Shown here: positions 40,101-53,800 of the stretch, in pieces
Layout: each line of letters starts with the position of its first letter
How positions within the stretch are numbered: position 1 is the stretch's first letter
NCBI GenBank assembly: GCA_036172245.1
Contig: JAYWIR010000020.1
Coordinates: 2,852,001 to 2,916,000 of the forward strand
Length of the DNA stretch: 64,000 nt
From: Raillietiella orientalis
Lineage: Eukaryota
Reading direction: 5' to 3'
The notes under the pieces: generated by a model
What the model saw: the letters and a program-made list of their open reading frames with translations, nothing else
Told to the model about the DNA's origin: nothing
Database searches by the model: none
Made by a program: the position numbers and the translations under genes

Positions 40101-40907
40101 CAGTACGCATTCGAGTCACCTTTGCTGGAATCGAAATTTCAAAAATGTTGCCTTTATAGAAGGTTGTTGATCGCATCGAGATGGATAGTGTCAAAATAGA
40201 AAAAAAATAATTTTGGATAATTAAATGAAAGAAACCAAATTGTGGGACAGCTGCATGAATTTTTGAAATCGAATGAACAAATTTAATGAACATTGCAAAA
40301 GTAAAAATAACGATGGTGTATGGTAAATGATGATGACGATACGATCTGAAATTTTATTCAAACTTCTTCACGACTGCCTTTTCCGGTATTCTTCTCAGGA
40401 ATAGAACATCACGGACAAGAAGGAAGGCACTTTCTGACCACTCCATAGCTAAATGGAATGTGATCAATAACTTTGTCAATATCAAATTTTTGAACCTTGT
40501 TACTCTCATCTAAATTTTCTTCTGCATGCTCCATAGGAGCGTTCGTAAGGGTATCCAGATCATGAACATGATTTCATTCATTTTCTCCTTCCGCCCATTC
40601 CATGATCTGTCACTTGCTACATTTTCTCTTATCATGAAATTGAATGGATATGTCATCTTCATCAGTAGAATAGCCGATCGGTAAGTTCAAACACAGCACT
40701 TTTACCTTCGTTCCCTTTTCGGTTTCACGTGAAATATCCAACTTTTGTCGAATAGTTAATTAATTTCTCTGATTTTTCCCCATCTTTAACGCAGTTGAAA
40801 AAATTTTCTTTTAGTGAATGACAGAAAACTGAAAACGTTGACTATATCAAGCGTTGCTTATGGCAAAAGTTTCTTTTATTAAAGGTGACTACATCGAGCG
40901 TGCATTG
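40101..40907 (-). mobile_element. Second Tigger/pogo copy, opposite orientation, larger deletion
   Basis: TA-flanked termini CAGTACGCATTCGAGTCACCTTTG and AAAGGTGACTACATCGAGCGTGCATTG; ~40112-40487 is the reverse complement of ~30808-31184 at high identity. Confidence 0.85.
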
Positions 40908-42894
40908 TACATACGGAAACCAGCAGAAATATCAGCGTAGCGGTAAAAGCTTTCTAGGAGTGCCAATCCTCTAGTGAGCTCCCTAGGTGAATCGCCAAGC
41001 ATTCCTAAGTGGTCGGCACACACCACAAGGGTTTCTACGAACGAGGTTCGCAGCCTCTGTAAAATTGGCTTTATGTCAGTGATGGACAGACATTTCCAGG
41101 GGATGATCAGACACCCACGGGGTATCCTTGCTTTAATCCCTTTCCAATCCTCAGATAAGTTTGCCCATCTGACTGGGCAAACGTAGTCGCATTAGCATAC
41201 AGATCTTCAATGAAAAACAAAAATTCTGTAGCTACTTGAAACGATTACAGTGAAGCCTGAATGACCTGATGCGAGCAGTCCCAAACGAATTTGCAAGCTG
41301 TATGGAAGTTGTACATAGTTCCCTGGATCCTCGTCTGGAGTCGCCCAAACGCGGTCAGAGTGGAAACTTGTTCTAGGACCCCATTAAAGGGAAGAAAATC
41401 CCTGAAGAGTGAGAGCATGCTATTCTCCATTATTGGAAAGTTTCCTTTTCCATGCAGTTTCCTTTTGAAAGCGGTCTCGAATTATTAAACCATCGGATAA
41501 CAAGATTTCGAAGCAACATATGGTTTTGGTGTTCTTTCACTATGAGGGAATCTTCTATCTCTTGAGACAAACACTAAATGCTAGTCTCAGTAGCTTTCTT
41601 TGGGAATTCAGTGGCCTCCATCCCGAATATGTAATCTTATCCAGCCTGGGTGCTGAATTCTCAGCATTTCTCAGTACCGATTTCACTTAGTTGTGAGTGG
41701 TGCCGAGATACTGGTTAATGCCGATCTTAAATAAGTATGTGGCATTCCCGTTTCTACACAAAGACAGAACATCCACATTCACAGGATAAAGAGGATGATA
41801 GCCAGTTGATGAGAAGTTGAAGCCAAAAACCACAGGGGCAGGATCTACCACTTAAACGAGATGAGACCAAGCTGCGAAAAGGCAACAGAATGATTTTGGA
41901 AGCAGGCTTCTGTTGAAAAATACAGCAGCTGTATCCAATCTGGCACACAAGGAAAATGCGAGAAAGTATGATGAACCTGCTCTCCTCCTCTCACCTAGAA
42001 TTCAGGTCTCTGTCTGAGCTCTGGTTGTTACTTTTCTGGAATCCTGGAGTCCCCTCAACATATCTTCGTTTCCAAAAATAAAAATGCACGGAGACCTGTG
42101 AATTCTTGAGCTGTACAAGGACCTTATGAACCAGCTGCTAGTCTCAACAACTATATAGCATAGTAATGTTCACTGGACACACCAAGTGTGACATCCTTCT
42201 AATAAAATCTCAGTGCCATCTCCAGGAACTTTCAAACAGATAATAATCCACAAAATGGACTCAATCCACAAGCAATGCCAGAACTTTGATAAAATAATGA
42301 TGGACTGTTGAGAAGGTTGAGACATTTTATGTTAATGTATGCAAAACAAAATTGTCTAATGAACACAACTGCCCAAAATGGTAATGCGGGATTTCTTTGC
42401 ACCAAAGAAATTAATAAATATATCAACCATAAAGCAAACCCAAACCATAAACTCTTTCATAGAGCTCCTGCCTGCTCTACAAAAAATGATTTACTGCATA
42501 TTTCAGACTAGAAACTCCTATATTGCTTTGAATTAACTGAACTAACACCCTCAAATGCCAAAGCTTTTTTAGACACACTTTAATTATAACATGGATATAT
42601 ATAATGTACGCCTGATGCAAAGGAGGATAAAACAGAGCTGGTAATCATAACACTGAAAACTATCAAGCCATCAGCGTTTAAATTTCTAAAATCTTTTGCA
42701 TGGATAGGAAAAAGGCAACAGTCTACAACTTTCACATGTATAACTTCACCTCAAGGTTCATTTCCTTCTCTATTACCAAGACCATATTACCATACAGTAA
42801 ATACTGGGACTTGTATCACATTTTGATACAGAAGATCCACTATCATTCAAAGACCAAAACAACTGTTCTGTTAGTTTCAAACTTTCACTTCAGA

Positions 42895-43451
42895 TCATTT
42901 CTTACTATAACCAATTTGCTTTTCTATTTTTTCAAGCAATAATTCAATTCTGCCTTTCATTATTGGTTGACCTTTCCTGTTTTTTTGCCTAAAAATTTTG
43001 TTTTTCTTCATTTTATATTCATGAATTTTCTTTAATTTTTCTTCTCTGGCCTGGTTTTTGGATTTGAGTTCATCTATTTTTGATTTTCTCTCTTTTTCTT
43101 TTTCCTCAAAAGCTTTCTTCGCTTTTTGGTATGCATATGAGTGTATATTTGATCTGAAATTTTCAATACCACATACGAAACATTAAAATATAGAACATTC
43201 ATACTTTGCCTTAAATTCATGTGCTTTATTTCTCGGTACTTGCACATTCTCAGAGCCTGTATGTTTTAAAAACTTTTGATATTTTCTGATGAGCTTTTGT
43301 GTTGTTCGATCCGAGACTGCCTCTCCTACCAAAAACATAAATTTGAGATAGTGCCATACTTACTTATTTTCGCCATTTACGTATTTATTTTTTAAGTTTT
43401 TCAATATCAGATTCAAAATTATTAAGCATACATAATCTTACCTCTGTGCAT
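42895..43451 (-). CDS. CCDC59: CCDC59/TAP26 (Fyv7-like rRNA-processing family) protein, ~129-130 aa, spliced
   Basis: Exons 43451-43442 (or alternatively 43376-43364), 43325-43205 and 43153-42895, all GT-AG and in frame. Lys/Glu-rich coiled coil ending in the family signature IFRQKNRKGQPIMKGRIELLLEKIE. Absent from the ORF track. Confidence 0.85.
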
Positions 43452-45079
43452 CTTATCGAATTTATTAAATCTCAATTTTCCAATTATTAATTTAAATGTG
43501 AAGCAACTATTTTACATACTGAGGGTATCGAGCATGCATAATTAATATTTGATCCTTAAGTAGGATACGGCAGATACGTGCACACACCACGCATAATTCC
43601 ATAACGTAAAAAAAAGCGCTTAGAAATGGTAATCCACTCAGCATTACCAAGTCTTAAATCACAGTGTTATAACAGCCACTGGAAAATCTCTAATTTTCTC
43701 AGATTAACTCAGACATCAACAAGAAAAAATTTGTGATGACATAAAACTCCTACACTTTTATTAATTCCAAAAGCAACAAATTGAAAACTGCTCCTTCAAT
43801 AATTTGGTTTTCTCTAACATAAGAAATTTAAGCGTATTTTTCATGTACACTTACTACAAAGGCAAAAAAGTAATTGAATAGGAATCACTGTTGGAGTCTA
43901 AAGCAGATACAATCAAAAGTTAACAAAATTATGATAGAATATGTGTTCAATTATGAGTATTTTCTGGTATTCAATACTCTTATTGTAACTGTTTCTCTGT
44001 TGGGAACTGAATTTTCATGAGATTCAGGAAGCTATTCACACCTTGCACATTAGTCGACATAAAGCACATCAGCATCGAGTGTCAGTAACCAAATCACGAA
44101 ATGTGCCAACAATCATGAAATAATCTAATTCGATTTAAATTATGATGGGAGGAATCCTGAATAAGAAACACACACGCGTGTATTGATTGTAATGTAGAGT
44201 ACTATCTTGAAACTACACTATATGCAAATTGTGATCCTTTAGATGAGAGTTCGATGATTAATGAGCTCAAGGATAACTGAATGACTAAACTCCAAAGTCA
44301 ATTGTGCTCACTACGATCATCAACACTGTAATTATAGTAGATCTAATGATGATTACAGATATGAATAAAGAACACTTGGAGTTTTTTGGAAGACATCCAC
44401 AATGACATCAACAAAAATCCTCGCTTCACAATAACTCCTTTGGATAAACTTAAGTATCAAAACAATACATAATATGAAATTAGCATTGTTTATTTTATTC
44501 TACAGAATCAAAAACTTGATATTGTGTAATGCAACTTGAAAAATCAGTTACGAACTGTAAATTTGCATTCAACTGTACCATGTCTCTCACTGATTAAAAA
44601 AAAAAGCCAGTTTCCATTCAGTTTTCTAGCTCAATCAGCTGTAACCGCATTCCAAGTAAAGTACGTAAAAATTTCGTTATCAATATGAATGATAGATCTC
44701 TTCAAGAGTCTTCACAAATATAGAGCTGTTTTTTTTTTTGATGAATTTTCAGAGATGTTCTGCTTAATGTGGCATGACTTTGTATTTGTACCACCCAATT
44801 TGCTTTCATGGGTGTCTAGATGGACTCAATCATATAATCTTGGAAGTTATCAAGCACTTAAATTCCAATGTCATCACTATTAACTAAAAGTGTCCCCAGG
44901 ACCGACAAGCGTGGGGTGAATTCATTAAAGCAAACTTTGAACAAATAACAGTCAGTCTTTTCTGTCCGTTCCATGTTTTCATCACTAGCAACTGCACTGG
45001 TTTTGTTTTCCACCGTTCATTTCACTTCCCTTTCTCACTTTTGCGTCTCTTGAAGTTTGGGTTCAGGGTGGGTGGGGGA

Positions 45080-45900
45080 GGGTTCCTTTTGCCTGGACGT
45101 AGCCGTCAATCTTCGTGAGGATGTAGCGATACGTCCAGGCTGGGACTCTTCCACAGTTCTTGATTCCTATCTCTTTTATCACCAGTCCTTTGAAGGTGTC
45201 CAGTTCCAGTACTCTTCGTCTTTGCCCTTCTGATCACAATTGCTGTGATGAAATGGGCAAACGTAGTTGGAACCATCTGGTTGTACAGGGGGACATTTCC
45301 GTTCCCATGAAACATGCCCTCCAGAATTTCGTCTTCTTGCTTCTCTGCAGGCCGGTCACCTCCTTCACCTCCCACCAATCAGAACGCAGCGTGGACCCAG
45401 GTGAACACGTGGAGCTGCTTTTCTTCCGCTCCACATGCCTTGCAGAGTCCATCCTGGGTGTTCCTGTTCCATTGTAGATGTCTCGAACCACTCAGGATCC
45501 CTCCCTAAAAGAACAGGAGGTCATCCTGGGTGTCCAGGGGAAGGTTACTCCTCCAGAGTGCAGCACCTACCACCTGCACGTTTGCATGCGCAAGTCCATA
45601 GCGGTTCGAGGCTGCATCAAGGGCGTCTTCGTTTTGATGTTTCTTCAGAGTTTCTTCCTTGATGTTGGCTTTGGTCATCAGCAGCCACGCCTGATGAGGC
45701 AGCTGTTCACCAAAGCTCCCGTGTTCTTTAACTGAAACTCCCTTTCATCTGCATGCTGAGGCGAAACAGTCACGCTTAGTGGCGGTTCCCACTGGTGGCG
45801 AACTGTTCGCAATGCTTCACTCTCAATCTTCGCCTCTTGTGTACCCAGGTGAAAGCCTCCCGGCGAACGGGGACAATGTAGGGTAGCACCAGGGCCAGTT
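45080..45900 (-). mobile_element. L1-like 3' (zinc-domain) remnant
   Basis: WWEVKEVTGLQRSKKTKFWRAC resembles the zf-RVT W......P.K.K.F.WR motif; GC-rich block within AT-rich flanks. Confidence 0.45.
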
Positions 45901-47739
45901 CTGCATCCCAGACTATCAACTAAAAGCTCATCAGTATGTTGTAAACAACCATTTCCCCTGTCATTGTTTCATTTGAATAAGTTTTCATTTGCAAGACAAA
46001 GATCGTTATCACTAAAGTAGGATTTCCATGAGGAAAGTGGGTGACTAATGAATAATAACCAGAAGTCAGCTTGAGTGCGTCGAATTTTTCATGACCCTGA
46101 ATACAGTTACTGTCGTCTAATCGAGTCATTTGTGTTCCAACTAAACACTGCTCATGACTTTGGACATAAGGAGATTTCAGAATTCAAGTATAAAAAGGTA
46201 TCTTTGATAAAGGAAGCTGTTAGTCTAATAACTATTTATACGAACTTAATGAAAGCAATCCACAGTTACCATGATCGTCGCCTTTTTCAATAGAAGTCTC
46301 GTCATCAGAAGAACTAAGTTCCGGAGTGGAGTACAAGTGACTGCGAGAAACATCTTGCTGAGCCTTCTAAAACAGAAGATCGAAACAAGAGTATGCAGAA
46401 GAGTTCCAGACTGCACCCTTCGCTATGCTCTCCAAAAGATTCAGGAAGTGAACACTTTCCTTAGTGCAAGGCCCTAAGTAAAACAGTAGTGTTAGTAGCC
46501 CATATACCCCTATCCTTTCCCTTGTGAAGCACATCTAACAGAGACAATGGTACCTTGGTTCCGTGAAGCAAAGAATGAAAGATAAGCATTTTAATATTAC
46601 GATGACAACACTGAACTGTCAGTTTGTTTGTCTTGTCCCTCAATGGATTCAGCACCCCAAGTCGAACTAAGAAAAAAGCTCAATGAAAATCTTGTCGAGT
46701 TCAGATGCTTTAGAAGTTTCCTTGTGATAGAAAACATTATTGCTTTCACCTGAATCCGAGCATGAATGAATCTGCATGAGTTGCATTCATTATTATATTG
46801 CGTTAGAAAATACCAACACTTACGCGAAAATCTGCTGATAATCGATTATGTTATGATTCTAATAACCAGCGAAAATATGATGTATTCATTGTTTTATATA
46901 GGCAGCGTGCAAAGATGCTTTCACATCTGAATTAAAAAGACGAAGTGAGTTGCGACATCTTTGAAGCTATTCGTAGAAGAAATATAAAATAAAATATTTT
47001 ATCATAGCAAAAGGAATAAGTTGTACCATTTACCACCAAAGTGATGAAGTATCCAGTAACTAAACGGGACCGAAAAATTGGAAACTGCATTTTTCTTTTA
47101 CAAAGCAAAATCCCTAATTGTTTAAGAATATGCACGTGCTTAAAAATGACAGTTAACCCACTATCACTGACAGTGTATAGCATTGATTGATAGTGCTTTC
47201 ATTTCACCGTAAAATTTGGGATTATTTAAGACTTTCTACAGGATATTTCTTTTACGGAGTGCAGCCATGTTTTCCGTTGCCAGCATTTATGTGGTTTCAT
47301 ACTGTCACAAGAATGGAACTGCACATATTTTAAAACAACGAAGCAATTCTCTGTTACAGTGTTTCACTTGATTCTCTAAAATAACCATAACTCTACAATT
47401 GACTGTATGTGCATGTCCTCATCCCTTTCTTAAGTTTGGATGCATGAGAGTGGACATATATTTATTTTGTCGACAATGAGGTTGCTTGCTTGTTGGAAAC
47501 TGCGAAATTCCATGCGCTCTCCACTTGTGTGCCGCTCTGATGATCATCATTCCAAATACAATATCTATTTCACTTTTCACCAATTAATTGGACTTAGCAT
47601 TAGCATTTTGCCATAAGATTAAAAACGTCAAATTAGCAAAGCAATGAATTGAGTTTTCGTCAGGGAACCCAGGAAACTGCGCTCGCCTGCTCCTAAACAA
47701 TGTATCTAGATTGGTTCGTTGTATGTATTTTCTGAGAAT

Positions 47740-48257
47740 ATGGAAGAATTATGCTTACGTGAAGCAGTTGTGAGGTTTGTACACTGTGTAAACTCGTTTG
47801 CAATTGAACAACGTACACGATTCAGGGTGAGTTCTGTGCACCAACGCAAGGTTAGCGAGCACGGGAAGCAGAACCTGTTCGATGGCAAAGATGATACCAG
47901 CTGGTTTTCAGATCAGGTGCGAAGCTCAGATTCTTACTCATAATCCGGTAGTTCAAGGGCTCTCCACAGTGGATTCTGATTGAGTTCCCATCCTTGGTTA
48001 CAATCAACCAAATAGTATTACAATTTCAAGGAGGATTCGCTGGCAAGTATTGCTGGATTGAGTGTTCAGGCACGGCTGCAGACGAGCTAAAGAGGAAGGC
48101 GTATTTTCATCCCCTCGACGATAACAGCGTGCAAAAATTTGAACTTCCGTCATTAAATGCAAAAATTTGTAAAATTGTTTTCGGTGAAAGTTCTGATTTT
48201 TATGGAAGAATAGTAGTATACAAAATATCTGTCAATGGAATAAAGTGTTCTGTTTAA
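47740..48257 (+). CDS. NR2C2AP: Nuclear receptor 2C2-associated protein (IFT25-like galactose-binding fold), 141 aa
   Basis: Exons 47740-47774, 47826-47916 and 47958-48257. Motifs RVSSV, GKQNLFD, W.SDQG.PQW..EFP, QFQGGF, P.DDNS.Q.F and DFYGRIVVY match the family end to end. Confidence 0.93.
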
Positions 48258-48808
48258 AAAGTTCCAGCTATAAGCAATCTTTAAAATGCAAATCCAAGTG
48301 GCAGAATTATATTTGAAAATAGGTTTTCTATGGAAACAAAATTTCAGCACCAGGGATTTGATTAAAATGAAGGTAATTTCAATCAATTAGCCATTATCCA
48401 TTGCTGCAATAATGGTAATTACTTAATAATTGAACATGCCTGTTTTTTCAAACTGTTCACAAAGTTGATTTCTGAACATGATTTTTCATAAATTTCAGTC
48501 TTATAAACCATTGATCAAATTCAGAAAGAAGCTGAATCTCCCTGGTCAGTTTAGGATTCAAAAAGTTCATTGCTAATTGTATTGCACAGGTGTACGGCCA
48601 AATACTTGCAGCAACACTGCACACAAAAAAATTTCTGCCCTGGAAGCATGGCAACTACCTATGCAGTACCGCCGAAAATCTTTGGAAATCCAGGAAATCG
48701 AAATTATAAATGTGAGGTCTTTTCATTCTTGTAGACACTATCAAGATTTTACACCAGCGTGGGGGGCCAGATTGATGTCATATTAAACCATAAGAGAGCT
48801 GCAGTAAA

Positions 48809-50159
48809 TCACACAACAAGCTTGTGTATTAACTTATGTTCATAGGCAGCATTCAGATTATGGGGATTAATAGGTAATAATTTAATGGGTAGGTCCCAGA
48901 CCATTGTCTCCACTGGCACATCATTAGGAGCCTGCCAGTGCTTATCATCACTCCGATGTAAAGGAATCAAATGCACAGCATTAACAAATTCAAAGTGTAG
49001 GCGCCAACTTAGAGAGACTACAGATAGCATTTTGATGATGTACAATTACCCTGAACATACCTAACTCTGTGTTAAATGATGGGGTTACATGCAGAGGAAT
49101 TGGTAACAACAGTTGTGTGCTGTGTAAGCTCACACATACTTGGTGGCAGTGTGAATGAGAAACAATCTGAGGGGGCTTCTCTGCTACTTTTTCTTCACTT
49201 TGAAGAGATACCAAAAACTACAAAAGCAAAAACTATTTTTGCATCCTTCATTCTTAACTCACTTGGATACAACTAACAGTTGACTGCTGCAAATCAATAC
49301 ATCCCATAATATCTTCTCCTAAGCGATAAATATGATGGCACAAAAACACACGAGCTACAATTCCTCTTGGACATGTAACATTGTAGGTCCTAAATGAGCG
49401 AGTTGAGACTAGGCTATTAATTTTCTGTAAAATTTCTTCCAAAGGCTCGCTCTGGGATTGAGTGCACAAAAATGGATTGCTTGGTACTCCAATTTCCGTG
49501 CTTTCACTGTGAACAGGTCTTGGCACTTCTACAAGCCCCATTTTGTCTGATGTAAGCACAAAAATAGGTATACGCATGAGCTTGATGGGTGAATTAACAC
49601 GTTGCATTCCAATGATTAATTTGTAGACATAATGCACTGCTCGACCTCTGTAAGATGGAGGAGCATCAAAGGGGATTCTTTCCTTGTAGTTGACTATTCC
49701 TTAAATTCTCTTATCTGTTTTACTGTTCTTCAACTCACAAGACTGAGCCTCTCCACAAGGCAGTTGCAAATCACAGAACAAAATCTTAGGAACAGTAGTT
49801 AGTACTATATGTCCTCGATCATCTTGAGAAGGAATCAAGGCAGTATCTACTACTGCTTTATCTACCAGTGTTTCATAACAGCAAGTGGTCTTACCAGAAG
49901 GTGGTAGGGTGTGAAGTGCCTCATTGGGATTAATCTTAATTTTATTCAAGTTCGCCAAACATTGACACTCAATTTGAACACTGGCCCAGGCCAACTGTTC
50001 CTTGCTGCAAACATGAATCAGGGAAGATGATTCACTATATTTCTCTGACCTGAAGTCCTCACTATTATCTCTAGGATTGGAAATTGTCAATGTACACTGC
50101 ACAAATTCTCCTGTGAGGAACACACATCGTGAATGTAGTTCTGCTGTTGCTATAATCAT
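48809..50159 (-). CDS. RGP1: RAB6A-GEF complex partner RGP1
   Basis: Predicted introns 50049-50005, 49894-49850, 49738-49694, 49262-49218 and 49060-49018. Motifs LAWASVQI, PKILFCDL, PPSYRG..V.YVYKL.IG.QRVNSPI, YRLGEDI.G, WRLHFEFV and WDLPIK. Confidence 0.95.
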
Positions 50160-50856
50160 CTGAATTTACAAATGCATTAAACTGTATCAATGAAGTAAAT
50201 GATGCTGACTGAAATTTGTTGGATTCCGCCTGTTTACGAAATGCTATAACCTCGCAGGCTGATATCGTACTCCCATAAATTGTACTGTTGCTTTGCCTAG
50301 CTACAATGAAAATCCTTTTTTCTTTAAAAAAAAAAAAAAAAATTGAAATTGTTTGCACTTACTTACTTAATTAATTATATTCTTTTTTTAAATTATGACA
50401 TTACTCAAGGGCACAACGGCTAACTCTGCGTTTCCCATCCACATGAGTTTTCGCCGTGCAGGGAGGCACATTAATGGAAAACACCTTCAGAAAACGGCAG
50501 ACGAATGTGTTGGAACACATTCACATCAAAATTAACAAATTGAACAGCTTCCCCCTGGCTGGTGCATTCATTAGCCTATAATAGAAACTGTCGTTAAATA
50601 CGTGCTAAGAGCATCAATCGTGTTAGTCGAGATAATTTCCTGCAGTGTTCCAAGCATAATCGGGTTTGTAAGACCGTAGGCAGTTGGTTTACTCGCATGG
50701 TAGGCGTTTCTGCATTTTTTTTTTTTTTCCTTTTTTTTTTTTTCTTGCTGGTGCTGACAGCTATATATGCGAGGAAATTCGCGAAAAAACAAAGTAGTAT
50801 TTACTCCATGGTTTTTGCGTGTTCATAGATGATGATGACAAAAAGTATCATTACAA

Positions 50857-53800
50857 ATGGCGAGTTCTTATGCTAATGGCTTGTCTCAGTACATGTGCAA
50901 AGGGAAATGTGGCCTTCCAGAGGTAAATTGACAATTACAAAAAAATTCTTTTGAAGGGCATGAAAATTTATGTTTTCATATCCATGTTTGTGCATTGAAA
51001 TTCACCAGAAATTTTTGTGCGTTAAGGAAAGCCATTTTTCGTTACTTGCAAGGTATTCATCCACGTCCTCTTTCAGAAATTTGATAACAAAGAAGTAGTT
51101 CATCAGAAAGTAAAATTACTGACAAAATGGTTTCACAGCAGTAAACATATAATATTTCATACCGGTGCAGGTATAAGTACGGCAGCAGGCATTCCAGACT
51201 TTAGGTAATCAAAGAAACAGTATTTCCTGCAAATATGATTTTTTTTTTTAATGTATTGTACGTTTACAACAAAATTGTATTTGCCTTACCAAATCGACAT
51301 GTTAAACTTTAGGTTTTTCCAATTATTATGGTATTACTCATCGGAAAATTCTGTGTTACTGCGTTATTCCATACGTGCTATGTGGATTAATTATTGAATT
51401 AATATACACAGCACGCAACACCAAACTTATGATATGGTTTCATAATTTTAATCAACCAAATCAGCAAAATCGATGATTTGAACGATTGATATGCATATCA
51501 AACACCAATTGTTCAAGTAAAGGCATTCACTTAAACATTTAGTTTGCTATTATTTATATAAAATCAAGAATTTCCGAAACCTTGGAAGTATACAGATTAC
51601 TAACTTGTTTCATTACCATTAAATATTTGGTCACCAAAATGTAAGCTCAGGAAGTTGATTATAAAATGAAATGATGAGACTATGAATTTATGTTTGCCGG
51701 ATTTTTAAAATTAGGAATTACTTAGGAGATTTCATTGCAGAAATTCTCTAAATTAAAATGGTTTTTAAAAGTCAAATGCCAGCATTCAGTCAGCTGTAGG
51801 TTGTCAGTAAGAATGAGTGAATGTGCCTTCGGGTTAGGGTAAATAGAGAGAAATGAAGGGCTGAAGATATTTATTGTTGGAATTGTAATATAAAGTGCAG
51901 TGCACATGATTTGTTAGTTTGGAAAGATCTTGCAGAACACTGAAAGCTATGAACATTAGGGTAGCCGAATTGTCATTCTGGTGTATAAAAATAACATGAT
52001 AATTACATTCATCAGCAATAGAGACAGATCAATAAAGTAGGTAATACACCTTTCTCTCGATAGGGAGTCACAAAACATAAGGATACAGAGATTAGTTTCC
52101 TTTTAGAGGTTCTGAAGTCAATGAAAAGACATTACACCTGCACAGAATTACTGTGCATGGATTAGAAGTCCATAATTTGTCACTTCATAAGCTCAGAAAG
52201 ACACAGCAGATAGTGATAAGTGCATGATGTTTTGATGACCAATTAACTGTTAGGGTAGATTTGTCAACTGCTTGCTGGATGGATTGCAAATTTCACAAGT
52301 GCATAGCCAGTAAGGGTTAGTTATGAAAAAGTAATGTTTTTGAAGTGCTTGAAAGATTAAGACACAAGAGATCATTTCAAATGTTGGCATTTGTTGAGCT
52401 TTCATGGTCAATCAGTGATTGTTCACAATAAGAAAGTCTAAAATTCAAAATAGAAAATCTGAATCATGTGTTCTACAAAGAATGGAGTTGGATGAATAAT
52501 GGTCTTGTTTTGAAAAAATTTTCACACATGGTTTATAGGACTTACAAAAAGCTAAAGCTGCAGTGGGGAAATGGTTTGAAAAAATTCTGTAATTTTTGTA
52601 AAAGTAAGATGAATTATTTTCACAAGAAGACACCTGTAAATATTATTAGATTTTGAAGCTCTTTGTTTTTTTTTTACTTGTATATCTGCTAAGAGTTAGA
52701 ATCTTTTGTGTGATACTACCAATGGAACTTGAGAAAACTAGAGTTATTGAAGCCATGATTAATAATAGACCTACTCATTTATAACAGTTATGAGGAATGC
52801 AAACTTGATAACATTCTTAACATAGAATTATGTACATAATGACATGTTGAACACAAATATTTGTGATATTGTTATTGTAGAATTGAAAAGGTTGAAAGTA
52901 AACAATGACTGATTAACTAGAAGTAACAAAAGTATAGCTGGAAAATCTATATTGTATGTTTACCTATATATCTATTGGCATGTAAAAGTATTCATGGATA
53001 AGGAGACATTATGATGGGAAAATGAAGTAAGAGAGAACACTCAAGTGAAGTTAAAATTGAGAGTACATTGTAACTAGATATTTAAAAAGCTGAGAAGTGA
53101 AAAGATCTCTAGGTAAAAAGAACCAGTACACAAAATGATAAATGCAGGCATAGATTTGCAGATGCACCACTAGTTCTGCAGAAGAAGAGTCACAAAGATG
53201 AGAAATGAAAGTGCAATGACAATTTATGCTTTATAATTATGTTTTAATGTAATCCAAGTTTGAAGCTAAACAAAGTTGCGATAAACTTCCACACCCAAAA
53301 GTTTGTGAACAAATACTGTAGCGTTTTTCAGGAGGATGCACATTAATTTCTTTATCGAGTCATTTTAGCATTTTTCAGTATTGAGTGTTAGTGGAACAGT
53401 GCAAGTGGAACCAGAGATAAAGCATAAAATTTGATAAGATGATAGTTTCAGAAGGGCAATAAAAATGAAAATCCAAAGTTGCTGTGCATCTTATTTATAA
53501 TGCTGCTCACACATTCAGATTTTTCATTTGAAATTGGCAGTTGACCTCAAAGGAGGGAGACAGTACCAGTGTAACGTTATTATTTTTTGTAAATTTCTCT
53601 CAGTTGGAGGTTTGCAAAGAGAAAAGATTAGATTTCATTCAAAACTGAAATAATGAAACTGATATACATGGAATTCAATGCAAACTACATCTGCACATTC
53701 TGATCAAAGTAGGTGAATCCATAATGTGTGAGTAAAAGAAAAGTAGTAGGTAAAAATCTGCTGATTTTTTTTTATTTAGCACCTGAATTTATATAGTGTT

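Noticed and set aside
1..42000. The many 60-240 aa ORFs in the six-frame track as protein-coding genes
   Set aside because: They overlap in multiple frames and lack coherent domains; recognisable motifs are frameshifted TE remnants.
43650..44940. piggyBac-like transposase remnant (LDESSMI)
   Set aside because: A single weak motif, with no TTAA-flanked TIR pair found.
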